The notes under the pieces are model-generated. The model did not search any database. It was not told where the DNA came from and saw only the letters and a program-made list of their open reading frames with translations. A program made the translations under genes and the position numbers. A stretch of 64,000 bases of DNA, taken from IMG/VR virus record IMGVR_UViG_3300008267_000016, positions 1-64,000 of that record; one strand, given 5' to 3'. Below, piece after piece: positions 54,764 to 64,000 of this stretch; within the stretch, counting starts at the first letter, position 1; each line of letters opens with the position of its first letter. The DNA is from a virus.

Positions 54764-54887
54764 CGTTTGGCTGGAAGTCGGCCGCCTCCAAGATACGCCT
54801 GCGGTCTTCCTCGTTAGCCGCGAAGATTGGATAAAGATTCAGCCATCTGCCGAACCTACCTTCCAACAGCTTTTTAAAAAGTTTCAC
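54753..54887 (-). CDS. Small hypothetical protein (44 aa, GTG start; not in track)
   Basis: GAGGA RBS; MKLFKKLLEGRFGRWLNLYP... Confidence 0.55.
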   Translation of the reverse strand: MKLFKKLLEGRFGRWLNLYPIFAANEEDRRRILEAADFQPNDVY

Positions 54888-54936
54888 TATCCTCTTTCCG
54901 ATAACTACTCAAGCGTAAACGCTCAGACGCTCGGCG

Positions 54937-55200
54937 TCACTGCTTTGGCTTTTCGATCGTTCTGAAACCTGTAAATACAGGGGCTGCAGCTTTGGGTCCC
55001 TGTTTCTCTTCAAAGGTTTTAAAACCAGTAAATACTTTTGCGGCTTCTGTCCCACCCACAGACCTAGGCCCCGTGGGAGCCGCCTCAGTTCTCTTTGCAG
55101 GGGACCGAAGCTCTGGGTAGTAGTCCAAAAGGACTGAGGAGGTGTTTCCGGAATTACCTAAGGAAATTCCGAAGTAATCACCTGCGTATCTGGTTGCCAT
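54937..55200 (-). CDS. Hypothetical protein with repeated VFTGF motif
   Basis: ATG with TAGAAT upstream on the minus strand. Confidence 0.6.
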   Translation of the reverse strand: MATRYAGDYFGISLGNSGNTSSVLLDYYPELRSPAKRTEAAPTGPRSVGGTEAAKVFTGFKTFEEKQGPKAAAPVFTGFRTIEKPKQ

Positions 55201-55225
55201 CTATGGAGACCTCAGTCCTTAGATT

Positions 55226-56122
55226 CTACTTATTTTCTATAAAAAACCTCTTAAGGTCAAACCCTGGACCTACCGTACCCTTTAGAACACGCATAGTCAT
55301 TTTAGCTTTTTCGTGACATGTAAAATACATAGCTTTTTCTTTGTTTGATGTGTAGCTTACTAAGTTGCGCCTTTCTTTATCTAAGCACTCACTTACATAC
55401 ATCGAGTCTTTAATAATTACCCACACTTCTTGGAAACGCAGGAGCGGCATCGCCTTGGTCTCGTCGAGTGTGTACAGTCTCGACCTTAAGGTTACCTTTT
55501 TATTAGTTTTCTTGACTACACATTTTGTAGTTTCTTTTGTCTTTTTTTTGGTTTCTTTACAATCTTGCTCTATCGGGTTTTCCAATAGCCTCTTGAGGTT
55601 TCGTGCTTTGTTAGCTGCCTCTAGTGCACTCGAAAAAACATCAGACGTGAAGCAGATTCCGTTAGTTGTACGGGCACAACCGACGTAACCGTTTTCCGTT
55701 TTTGCGGTGAATACTTCTTTATCTTCAACGACCTGCAAGTTAAAGATAGTCACAGAAGTTGTCGACTTCTTTTTACTTTGCTTGGGGACTACATCTACTT
55801 TTATTGGCTTCTCTAGTTCTTGTGCAACGACAGAAGCCTCGTGGACCTTCAAGCGATTCTGTTCGTGTTCAGTCGTCGATTTCATCCCATCCCACAGGAT
55901 CGAAGCAAAATGCCTCCTGTCTCCTCTTTTGTTTGTTTTGACAAATACTTCTTTCACTGTCCCTAGCCGCGTGTTGTTCACGTAGCCAGCAATCTTGTCC
56001 TTAAGCTTTTGATCAGAGAACTCACTGTAGCAAGTGATGTTCTTGATACCCAGTGTGACTCGATCACCAATTTTGAGCTTGCTTGGTGAGAGGGGACGTT
56101 CGCGCTTTTTGGTGTTACTCAT
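55226..56122 (-). CDS. Hypothetical Lys-rich protein with N-terminal SH3/KOW-like domain
   Basis: KLKIGDRV...G.V..V......A.I.WDG; ATGA overlap with polA stop. Confidence 0.65.
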   Translation of the reverse strand: MSNTKKRERPLSPSKLKIGDRVTLGIKNITCYSEFSDQKLKDKIAGYVNNTRLGTVKEVFVKTNKRGDRRHFASILWDGMKSTTEHEQNRLKVHEASVVAQELEKPIKVDVVPKQSKKKSTTSVTIFNLQVVEDKEVFTAKTENGYVGCARTTNGICFTSDVFSSALEAANKARNLKRLLENPIEQDCKETKKKTKETTKCVVKKTNKKVTLRSRLYTLDETKAMPLLRFQEVWVIIKDSMYVSECLDKERRNLVSYTSNKEKAMYFTCHEKAKMTMRVLKGTVGPGFDLKRFFIENK

Positions 56123-58008
56123 TTTTCAGACCAGGTTTCTCCGTAACTAGCGTCTGCTTTAGCAGGCACCTCCTTTAAAATCGTTTCAGCGGCTTCTTTC
56201 ATACAGCGCTCAAGTACTTCTTTGTAGTACTCAACTTTTGTTTCTACAGCCTCTAAAACGATTTCATCGTGGACACAGGCAACTAAATAAGCTTCGTCGC
56301 ACAGATAAGGATTGAGCTTCGCTAACGACAGCTTAAGGATATCAGCACCGGCACCTTGTATAAGCGTATTGGCACAGGCAGTCATGGTTGCATCTGAGTA
56401 CGAAAGCAGACGCCTGCGACCTAACGGAGTTCTCACGAAGGTCCACCCATCTTCGACCATCGCAGCACGCTCCCGGTGCCACTGCCTTAAACGTGGGTAT
56501 GCGTTATGGAACGCTGTGTGAGCTACTTTTGCTTCTGATAGAGAAATGATTTTTCCGCTTTGAGCTGCGTACGTTTTGTACTTACGGAAGCCCATGCCGT
56601 ATAGCAATGCAAAGTTAAGCGTTTTACCTTCCTGTCGCTGGTTCTTCTGAACCTCTTCTAAAGGTATGTTGTAGATCAAACTAGCGGTAACCGTATGGAG
56701 ATCATGACCTTGTTTAAACGCCTCAATCATCTGAGGGATTCCGATCAGCTCCGCACCGAGGCGTAGCTCAATCTGACTGAAGTCACAGATGATCAGCTTG
56801 TAGCCAGGCGTGGCTACGAAACATTCCCGAAACTCTTTGTCTCTCGGAATCTGTTGAGCGTTGATCGCAAACTGACTTTTAACTTTCTTGGCCGCTGTTT
56901 TCTTAGCTCCGCTCGAAGTAAATCTTCCGGAGTTTGCTCCGTACTGGTTATAACCTGAGTGAATTCTGTGTGTTATAGGGTTGATATTTGCGATTAGTTT
57001 TTCTGCGTGTTCGAGTTGAGTTTCGATTTTTGTGCGCTTTCGATAGAGGTTTAAGAGCGGGTCATCCGAATCAAATTCCGCGAGCTGGATCTGATTAAGA
57101 GTGCTCTTTCCTGTTCCTGGATTTGTTGGAAGTGCAATGCCAAGTGCTTCGAAACACTTTGTGCATTGGACACCGGATCCGGGGTTGAACTCTTTGCGTA
57201 AGTTTTTTCCAATTGCCAGTGATCCATCGGTTCTCCTGGGTAGCTTTAGATCCTCTGGTAGAGCGTCGTCAAGCTTAGTGCAGAATTCTAGAGTAATTTC
57301 ATCTAACTTTTGCTCGATCGTGTGCTTTAGGGCTATTAGCTTAGTAACATCTACGTTAAATCCTTTGTGACACATCAGTGCCACGGGGCGTACGCATTTC
57401 GACTCCAACGAGTAAACATCAAGCAGAGCTTCTTCTGCTAGCTCTTTAAGTTGATCCGCAGCGATCGTGGGGAGAAGGTCAACGTCCTTTGCTGCGTATT
57501 CGATTTGCTCTATATCAAGATCAGGTTTGCTCCAGTCAGAGATCTGTTGTTCTTTACTAATTTCAATCTCGAGTCGTCGCTCAACAACAGCCTTCAGTGA
57601 GCAGCTAACGTCATCGAAATATGGCTTTTGGAGTTTCGGGCTAACTTTCTTTTCCTTAAAACCAGCCCGCAAACAACGCTCAGCTACATAAGTATCGAAT
57701 ACCTTTCCTTGATAGTCGATGCCGAGAGACAGCAGGAACTGAAAATCGAAATTTAAGTTGTGGCCGAGAATCATTTCCCGGCTTTCGATAAATTCCTTTA
57801 GCCCACTGGTATCGGTGATTTTGAACAGATCGAGAACGTATACCGTTCTGTCAATAGTCTCTGTCGTACACAGCTGAAGCAGTCGAGCTTTAGCCACGTG
57901 CGAGTCCAAACCAGTCGTCTCGAAGTCCAGGCATACCTTGGGAATTAGCTGCAGCTCCCCAAGAGCTTTTTGGTACTCGCTGTTGCTTGTGATGTAACGG
58001 ATCTGCAT
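56119..58008 (-). CDS. polA: DNA polymerase family A (3'-5' exonuclease + polymerase, no 5'-3' exonuclease)
   Basis: LDFETTG, HNLNFD, YAAKD; DFSQIELR, RQEGKTLNFALLYG, IQGAGADI, VHDEIV. Confidence 0.95.
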   Translation of the reverse strand: MQIRYITSNSEYQKALGELQLIPKVCLDFETTGLDSHVAKARLLQLCTTETIDRTVYVLDLFKITDTSGLKEFIESREMILGHNLNFDFQFLLSLGIDYQGKVFDTYVAERCLRAGFKEKKVSPKLQKPYFDDVSCSLKAVVERRLEIEISKEQQISDWSKPDLDIEQIEYAAKDVDLLPTIAADQLKELAEEALLDVYSLESKCVRPVALMCHKGFNVDVTKLIALKHTIEQKLDEITLEFCTKLDDALPEDLKLPRRTDGSLAIGKNLRKEFNPGSGVQCTKCFEALGIALPTNPGTGKSTLNQIQLAEFDSDDPLLNLYRKRTKIETQLEHAEKLIANINPITHRIHSGYNQYGANSGRFTSSGAKKTAAKKVKSQFAINAQQIPRDKEFRECFVATPGYKLIICDFSQIELRLGAELIGIPQMIEAFKQGHDLHTVTASLIYNIPLEEVQKNQRQEGKTLNFALLYGMGFRKYKTYAAQSGKIISLSEAKVAHTAFHNAYPRLRQWHRERAAMVEDGWTFVRTPLGRRRLLSYSDATMTACANTLIQGAGADILKLSLAKLNPYLCDEAYLVACVHDEIVLEAVETKVEYYKEVLERCMKEAAETILKEVPAKADASYGETWSEK

Positions 58009-58015
58009 GTGACTT

Positions 58016-58045
58016 AAAAAGGGCGCCTTTCGACGCCCCGTTTTT
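58016..58045 (-). terminator. Rho-independent terminator (possibly bidirectional)
   Basis: aaaaa-gggcgcc-tttc-gacgcccc-gttttt. Confidence 0.75.
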
Positions 58046-58064
58046 GTGGTTGTTGGATGAAGCT

Positions 58065-58877
58065 TTAAGCAGCGTAGACCCTTCTTTCGCGGATGCGACT
58101 ACTCCACTGGTGGCTGATGAAGTCTGAGATGTCGCCCCATTCGTGCGCCACTTTCTGTCCCATCGCTGTGGGAGTCACAGCATAGACAGTCCGGCGCAGC
58201 TGACGGCTGTTTTCATCCAGATCTTTATCCTTGCTACCGAACTCGATGTGTTCGCTCATTTCGATAAGCCCCCACTCTTTGAGCAGAGCTGCCCCATCAC
58301 GAACCGCGTTATACATCGGAGAGGCGTGGTAGCAGGCAGACCGAGGGATGCCTGGCCCCTGATTCAAAGTTCGGTAGTGCCCATCTGCATCTTTTACAAA
58401 GCCCATGAAGCACTGCGAGTCTGGGCTCACAGATCCCCGGTAGGCCATCCCATTGACGGAGCTAGTGGCGATTTGTCGCAGGGTCCGGCTATTGCCGTCC
58501 GAGATACCGTCGAGAATCATGGCAGCTCCAATTGCTTTCAAGCTCTTCATTTGACAAAGAGCATCGATTGCTTGAGCCGGTTGGCTGAAGGTCTCCTTAA
58601 CTTCAATCCTTGAGATCCGGTTTGCGTCCGTACGCGTATACGTACGCTTTTTAGGAGTCTCGACACCTTCGATAGCAAAGCGTGCTGCTAAGGAAGCAAG
58701 CGTGGGATTTTTGGTTTCCACGCTGATCGAAAACAGCTTTTTGGCATCGATCATTGTTGGATCGATGTGCTCGGCAATGTCTACGACAATTGCGCTATCA
58801 CGGCCTGCTGCACTCAAGAGAGCACGAGCTTCGCTGTTGTCCAGGCTGGTTTCACCGATTTTGAACTTGAAGTTCAT
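58065..58877 (-). CDS. Hypothetical, possible winged-helix protein
   Basis: LKEWGLI...Y.VTP.G segment. Confidence 0.6.
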   Translation of the reverse strand: MNFKFKIGETSLDNSEARALLSAAGRDSAIVVDIAEHIDPTMIDAKKLFSISVETKNPTLASLAARFAIEGVETPKKRTYTRTDANRISRIEVKETFSQPAQAIDALCQMKSLKAIGAAMILDGISDGNSRTLRQIATSSVNGMAYRGSVSPDSQCFMGFVKDADGHYRTLNQGPGIPRSACYHASPMYNAVRDGAALLKEWGLIEMSEHIEFGSKDKDLDENSRQLRRTVYAVTPTAMGQKVAHEWGDISDFISHQWSSRIRERRVYAA

Positions 58878-58958
58878 GTAATGAAAAAATGGAACGAGAG
58901 AAGCCTATCTTTCCAATGCACACCCAGCCAGATACTTCAGATTATCTTAAGGTTTTAG

Positions 58959-59387
58959 TTAATGCGGTTTACCCATCAGCACTTCGTTCGCTAGTGTCAT
59001 AAGGTCGTACCAGTGCAGCATATCCGTCACTATCTGCATTGACATCAACTCAAAGTCATGTTCGCTCAGCATCAGAGCCATCTCTACCTCCGCTTTGTTG
59101 CTAAGTTTGCGTACACCATAATTCTTGTGTAAAAAGTTGCTCAGCAAAATGCAGTGTTCTGTTATGTTTTTGTCTACTAATCTTGTTATGTTAAATAGTT
59201 CCGTTGTTGGGACATAGATAATAACTGCTTCTCGGAACCTAAATAATGCTGACTGGTTCTCAGTTAAATTATGGTACGTATCAAATAATTGTTGAGCTAC
59301 CCAATCCTCCAGCTCAAATCTCTCCGTGGCAGGAGAATACTCTGCTTCTAATCTTTTAATAGCGGCTGCTTCAGCTTGTCGGTTCAC
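58959..59387 (-). CDS. Hypothetical protein
   Basis: ORF in reverse arm. Confidence 0.55.
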   Translation of the reverse strand: MNRQAEAAAIKRLEAEYSPATERFELEDWVAQQLFDTYHNLTENQSALFRFREAVIIYVPTTELFNITRLVDKNITEHCILLSNFLHKNYGVRKLSNKAEVEMALMLSEHDFELMSMQIVTDMLHWYDLMTLANEVLMGKPH

Positions 59388-59440
59388 TTAGGAGACAGCG
59401 CTTGTCCCCTAATTTAAACCTGGTTTATATGGTCTGTGTT

Positions 59441-60982
59441 TTATCGCATCGCGTCTTGAAACAGTTCGGCACTGCTTGGGTCGTCTAGAGGATCTACAGT
59501 GTGTACATTATCACTGAACTCTTTTAGCACACGGGCCTGTCTGCCTATGCAGAAGCTGTTCCACTGAACACCGTGCTCTTGTTTGAACGCATTTAGACGG
59601 CGCACGAAAGGATCAGATACTTCGGCGTTTCCGTCTGTAATCATCAAGATGTCCGCTTTTTCAACGAAATTGATCTTTGTCAGCGCGTGGTCGATCACCG
59701 AACAGAACGAAGTTCCGCCTTTCGTTGTCCAACTAAGAACAAAGTTCAGAAGTTTTTCGTTGTCGGCTCTGTCTTTCTCCAGATGAATACTTTTCTGAAC
59801 CACCGTGTCGAATAGGTGAATGTGTGTTGCCCTGTTTTGCTTCAAGCATTCCTCTGCGATGACATAAGCCATAGCTTTCGACCAGAGCTCTGACTCACCT
59901 GCCATCGATCCGCTGATATCGATGTACATAACAACAGGACCTTTATCAAGCTCTTTGATCTTTGCTTCGTAGTCCTTAGTGAGTAGAGTCTTTTGGCTGT
60001 ACTTAAGAGCAAACAAGGCCCGCCCTTGCTCCGTGGCAGCCAGCGCGATCTCAGCTGGGTATGCTTTGATGACTTCATCAGAGAATTTCGCTCCAACGAT
60101 GTCACTGTATTTTGTCTGTGCTTTACGTGCACGCTTCCGATCCGCCCAAGCTTGACGCAGAGCACCTAACTTCCGGACCAGTTGCTTGAGGCCAGGGTTT
60201 GCACCAAGCCTTCGTGCAAGCTTGCGCTTTTGCTCCAGATCGTTCAGCGCCACACCCTTCCCTGCTTCGGAACCAGCAAGCTGGCTCATTGCTTCCTGAG
60301 TGTCCTTAGCGCTTTGGTGCGCTTTATCAATCGCTTTATCCACTTGTGGTTGGAGAGCTTCACCTGCTCGTTGGACAGACTCTTCGAGCTGTTGGCCTAG
60401 CTCCTTTCCTTTTTGGCGAAGTTGAGCTGCCTTTGCATTATCCCCTTCTCTTTTAGCGGCCATGAACTGTTCTCGGATGTCCTGCAGCTCTTTGCCTGCG
60501 TCTGCCAATAGTGCGACGTCAAGAATCCCCTGTTCGATTTGAGATTCGATTACTTCACTCAGCTCATTGAGCACATTGACAGCATTGTTTCCTGCAGTGA
60601 ACTGATCGCCGACCGAGAGACCCATCAACCGTGGCCATGCCGGTGACTCACACACTTGAATGAATAGGTTCACCCAAAAAGCTGATTCAGGCTTGTAACC
60701 CTTTGGGAACTCTGGATTCTGGCCGTTCTGTTTCGCACGAAAGTACGTTTCAGCTTCATCCAGAGTGATGACCGTAGTGCACTGACCGCCGTTGTACAGG
60801 AAGTCGAACAACTCTTTCCCGAAACGAGAGAGCTGTTTGATGTTGTACCGATCCTCCAGATACTTAACGATCGGCCGAGTGTCCCGAACAAAGTCATCCC
60901 ACAGGAAGTCCGACAGTGGAGAAACAGCAAGAACCAAAGGTTCGTTGTTTATCAGGCGGAGGAACTCGGTGTTTGTTTTCAT
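59441..60982 (-). CDS. vWA-domain protein (ViaA-like)
   Basis: KGPVV.YIDISGSM (MIDAS DxSxS), WSKA.A, GGTSF, DILMITDG. Confidence 0.9.
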   Translation of the reverse strand: MKTNTEFLRLINNEPLVLAVSPLSDFLWDDFVRDTRPIVKYLEDRYNIKQLSRFGKELFDFLYNGGQCTTVITLDEAETYFRAKQNGQNPEFPKGYKPESAFWVNLFIQVCESPAWPRLMGLSVGDQFTAGNNAVNVLNELSEVIESQIEQGILDVALLADAGKELQDIREQFMAAKREGDNAKAAQLRQKGKELGQQLEESVQRAGEALQPQVDKAIDKAHQSAKDTQEAMSQLAGSEAGKGVALNDLEQKRKLARRLGANPGLKQLVRKLGALRQAWADRKRARKAQTKYSDIVGAKFSDEVIKAYPAEIALAATEQGRALFALKYSQKTLLTKDYEAKIKELDKGPVVMYIDISGSMAGESELWSKAMAYVIAEECLKQNRATHIHLFDTVVQKSIHLEKDRADNEKLLNFVLSWTTKGGTSFCSVIDHALTKINFVEKADILMITDGNAEVSDPFVRRLNAFKQEHGVQWNSFCIGRQARVLKEFSDNVHTVDPLDDPSSAELFQDAMR

Positions 60983-62163
60983 GAGGAGAGGTTCGAGATG
61001 GATGTAGCTACAGATTGAGAGGAGGATTCGATTGCTTGGGCGAGTTTGGTAGCAGTTTGTCTAGCACCTGCACTGATTCGATACTGACCTGATTCTAAGA
61101 TGTTGTCTAGTTTGTTAGAGAGTGTATCCAGATCACGGTGCATCTTTCGCAGCTTACCTACCAGCCGGTTTAGATCCTCTACGCTTTTAGATTCCTGTGA
61201 GTGAACCGCGTGGTATTCCGTCAGGATTCCACTGTGAGCACGCTTGATACTCTCCAGGAGACGTTCTGCTGTAGGTACTGCTTGCTCTAGAACTTCCTTG
61301 ATAACTTGTACATCATCTTGTGTTTGATACACAATGTGCACTAAGGATCTGTGCAGGTGCTCTGGATAGAGTTCTTCATCTCCTTGCACAAGCGCCCAAC
61401 CACGCAAGAACTTAAGAATCTGAACTCGGCGGCGATCGCTGATAGTGATTCCCCGCGTAGCCAGAAGGTCAATTACTTGCGAGAAGGAATCAAGAAACTC
61501 ATCGCTAGCTTTGATTGATACAACCTCTTGTTGTAACTGTTGAAGATCTTCGAAAGTTAGATCTGACTTAACGGTCGGTCTGTCCTTGAGACCGAGGGCC
61601 CATGCGTCAAGCGTGCGCTTCGATGTGGGTTTCTTGAGAAGATCTACTGTAGGTCTAAACAAGAATCGATCACAGAAGGCTTGAAGAGATTCCTCTTGAG
61701 GGAAGCTGTTCGTAGCAGCAACGATTGATTGAATCGGAGTTTCGATTACTTCGCGACCGTTGTTGAAGATACGCTCGTTGAGAATAGTCAGGAGAGAGTT
61801 AAGTACAGCAGAGCTGCCACGGAACAGCTCATCTAAGAATGCAATGTTGGCACTGGGTAAGTATCCAGAGACATCACGTACATACTCGTCTTTCAGGAGC
61901 TTCGAAACTGCCACCGGGCCGAATAGTTCACTTGGGTCCGTTGTGGGCGAGAGCAGGTAACCAAAGAACTGAGATCCTTTGAATCCGTTCGAAACAGCCC
62001 GTACCAATTCGGATTTACCCGTACCAGGCAATCCAAACAAGAAGCAATTTTGTTTAGTGATAAGTGAAGCCAGAAGTCCGTCGACAATGTCTTCACGTTC
62101 CAGGAAGCTGGTGTTGAGCGAAGAGCGGAAGCCTTGGAGGTTTGCAAAGAGAGTGTCGTTCAT
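60979..62163 (-). CDS. MoxR-family AAA+ ATPase (RavA-like)
   Basis: FLERE, GLPGTGKS, YLL...T.PSELFGP, FLDE.F....VLNSLLT..NER, DRF, SDRR. Confidence 0.9.
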   Translation of the reverse strand: MNDTLFANLQGFRSSLNTSFLEREDIVDGLLASLITKQNCFLFGLPGTGKSELVRAVSNGFKGSQFFGYLLSPTTDPSELFGPVAVSKLLKDEYVRDVSGYLPSANIAFLDELFRGSSAVLNSLLTILNERIFNNGREVIETPIQSIVAATNSFPQEESLQAFCDRFLFRPTVDLLKKPTSKRTLDAWALGLKDRPTVKSDLTFEDLQQLQQEVVSIKASDEFLDSFSQVIDLLATRGITISDRRRVQILKFLRGWALVQGDEELYPEHLHRSLVHIVYQTQDDVQVIKEVLEQAVPTAERLLESIKRAHSGILTEYHAVHSQESKSVEDLNRLVGKLRKMHRDLDTLSNKLDNILESGQYRISAGARQTATKLAQAIESSSQSVATSISNLSS

Positions 62164-62303
62164 CAGTCGAAGATTTTGTAAAGGGTCTCGGCGAGAGCCT
62201 TGAAGAAGTTTTTCTTACGCGTGTCGCGGTAAGGTCCACTCAAGCTTTTCGTTGCTAGCAGCAGAACGATTGCTTTTTGATCCAGATTAGAAGTCAAGTT
62301 CAT
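62163..62303 (-). CDS. Small hypothetical protein (46 aa; not in track)
   Basis: Overlaps upstream stop; its TGA overlaps the AAA gene ATG. Confidence 0.5.
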   Translation of the reverse strand: MNLTSNLDQKAIVLLLATKSLSGPYRDTRKKNFFKALAETLYKIFD

Positions 62304-63504
62304 CAGTGGTTTCTGCTTCAATAGTTTTTACCTCGTCGATCAGATCATCCAGGTTTGCTGATTGAGCTTTCACTAGCTCAGTTCGTTGATCGAACAGAAT
62401 TTGTAGATGCTTAGCTCGTTGTTGGTAGACATCTTTTTCTACTTGAAGTTCCTGATGGAGTTCATCTAATTGCTCTTGTGTTTCTGCTGTGTTTATCTTC
62501 GTGAGTAGGTCACGATAAGTATTAGAAAGAGCCAGCGATTTCTTCAGGGACTCAAGTCCGTCGCTGGAGTTTCGAGAGCTGACGATTGCTTCGAGTTCAT
62601 TACGAATCTTGCCCTTCAGATCCGCATACTCTTTAAAGGCTTGGTTCTTTACCTTTGCAGAATCACTCTGAAGCCTTACACCTACATCGAGTAAATCTTC
62701 CGAAAGTTTGAACAGATCTTCGAAACCTGGGCAGTGTCTAGTAATCAGCTGCAGCGTTTCCGCTGTGATCTGCCACGAACCGCGCCGCCGAGCTCCGCCG
62801 GTTTGGCGCTCACCAACCTTAGATGAGACTCGAACGTCTAGGTCATCGAGAAGTTCGGCTGCTTTGGCCAATGCCCGATCAGCAGCACCTTCACGGGCAG
62901 CCTCAAGAACTTCGTTTGTGTTGAACAGAGCGGCTTCCTGAATCGCTGTGGAAATAGAGTGCTCCTCTTTGTTTTCAGAAACAACCAAGCTGACTGGGTT
63001 TGGTCCGACCACAAAGACTCTGATTGGATTCTCGAACTCCTGCTTGGTAGGGAAGATAGTTAAGTAAGCTTCTTTAGCTAGCTTGAAACCTTCGGGGTCA
63101 TCACGGAACAACGGCTCAAGAAAGCCTTCAACTGTGTTCGACCAGCGAGTGTATTCTTCCAGCCAAAGTTCGTTCAGCTGTTCGTTGTACTTCGCAGCGT
63201 CAGAACGAATCTTGGCGATTCGCTCCATAGCTTCTTCAAAGTAGTCCTCGTGGAGGAAGTGAACGTCACCGTTGTGAATTGTGCACTCGTCGTACAACTT
63301 ACGTTGTTCGATCCTCAGAAGATTAAGGAACTCCTTCAATCTCCCAGAGAGCGTAGGACGCACTGAGACTGATTGTTGTTTCTCGAGTACGTCGATAACA
63401 GCACCAGGCAGTTGAAGGTCTGCCATCTTTATCTGAGTGCTCTGTCGAACAGAGGCACTCACAGAGCAGTGAATCAGGAAGATCTTTTCGTTATTCACGA
63501 TCAC
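62287..63504 (-). CDS. Hypothetical helical protein, DUF3150-like
   Basis: Long helical protein with FP...EF motif, adjacent to the AAA/vWA pair as for DUF3150 proteins; family call tentative. Confidence 0.5.
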   Translation of the reverse strand: MIVNNEKIFLIHCSVSASVRQSTQIKMADLQLPGAVIDVLEKQQSVSVRPTLSGRLKEFLNLLRIEQRKLYDECTIHNGDVHFLHEDYFEEAMERIAKIRSDAAKYNEQLNELWLEEYTRWSNTVEGFLEPLFRDDPEGFKLAKEAYLTIFPTKQEFENPIRVFVVGPNPVSLVVSENKEEHSISTAIQEAALFNTNEVLEAAREGAADRALAKAAELLDDLDVRVSSKVGERQTGGARRRGSWQITAETLQLITRHCPGFEDLFKLSEDLLDVGVRLQSDSAKVKNQAFKEYADLKGKIRNELEAIVSSRNSSDGLESLKKSLALSNTYRDLLTKINTAETQEQLDELHQELQVEKDVYQQRAKHLQILFDQRTELVKAQSANLDDLIDEVKTIEAETTDELDF

Positions 63505-63926
63505 TTAAGACGACGGAAGACTGCGGTGATTTTGTCAGTGACCAGATCGACTGCCCCAGTCAAGTTGAGTTGCTTAATCAAGCTGTCGCGTTCGATCTTC
63601 GCCAGCTTCAGCTTGCGCTCTAGGTCTGCGATCTTGTCGTTGATCTTGTCAAGTTTGATGTGAGGCGAGGGGCTCCGGTCGATACGTACAACGATGTTCG
63701 TACGGAACTCAGGGAACTTAAACAGGGAGTCGTCGCCCTTGAAGACGGACAGATCCAACCCGAAGTGATCCGCGTGGCAGAGCATGGTTGTGAGGTTGCT
63801 CCGAGCAGCTTCGTACTCTGTCCCGAAACTTCCGTTCAGCTCGGCCAGGGCGTTGTCGCACGCGTCGTAACGCTCTGCACTGATGCGCCCCTGTTCGACC
63901 AGGGATTGTGTAGTGACCTTAGTCAT
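63501..63926 (-). CDS. Hypothetical protein with C-terminal coiled coil
   Basis: GTGA overlap with next gene. Confidence 0.65.
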   Translation of the reverse strand: MTKVTTQSLVEQGRISAERYDACDNALAELNGSFGTEYEAARSNLTTMLCHADHFGLDLSVFKGDDSLFKFPEFRTNIVVRIDRSPSPHIKLDKINDKIADLERKLKLAKIERDSLIKQLNLTGAVDLVTDKITAVFRRLK

Positions 63927-64000
63927 TTGATGTGATTCGAAGGAGGCGCACCACGTTTAGGGCCGGTGCCGCCCATGCAGAGCAATGTACATCACTCAGC

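Noticed and set aside
1-64000. Stop-codon reassignment, tRNA or rRNA genes, introns or inteins
   Set aside because: Core genes (terL, MCP, polA, primase-helicase, thyX) are full length and uninterrupted under the standard code; no cloverleaf or rRNA-like segment recognised by eye (tRNAscan not run).

Overview
This window is 64 kb of a tailed dsDNA phage, most likely a freshwater cyanophage. The host inference rests on NblA-like genes, a cyanobacterial-type lysozyme/C39 endolysin and ThyX; the gene content resembles the S-EIV1-like lineage, but that is from memory and not from a search. Layout: glycosylation enzymes interleaved with terminase and portal (1-10.5 kb); capsid and virion genes (11-24 kb); a short reverse-strand regulatory block (24-26.7 kb); tail-fibre/collar genes followed by an AT-rich 2OG-oxygenase/carbamoyltransferase island (27-38.8 kb); small basic proteins, endolysin and thyX (39-44.7 kb); and a reverse-strand early/replication arm (small paralogous ORFs, primase-helicase, exonuclease, SSB-like proteins, PolA, vWA/MoxR AAA). 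I saw no rRNA, tRNA, CRISPR, integrase or tape measure gene. The most notable signal is pervasive Ser-Gly motifs in exposed virion proteins, invariant every 14 aa in one fibre, alongside four phage-encoded glyco-enzymes and a NodU-type carbamoyltransferase. This suggests a sequon-directed virion O-glycosylation system (hypothesis). Also notable: two NblA-like paralogues, two DNA methyltransferase homologues lacking the NPPY motif, two HNH-like proteins lacking the catalytic His, and a 500-nt same-strand portal/scaffold overlap. All family assignments are by-eye motif recognition and all counts are manual.
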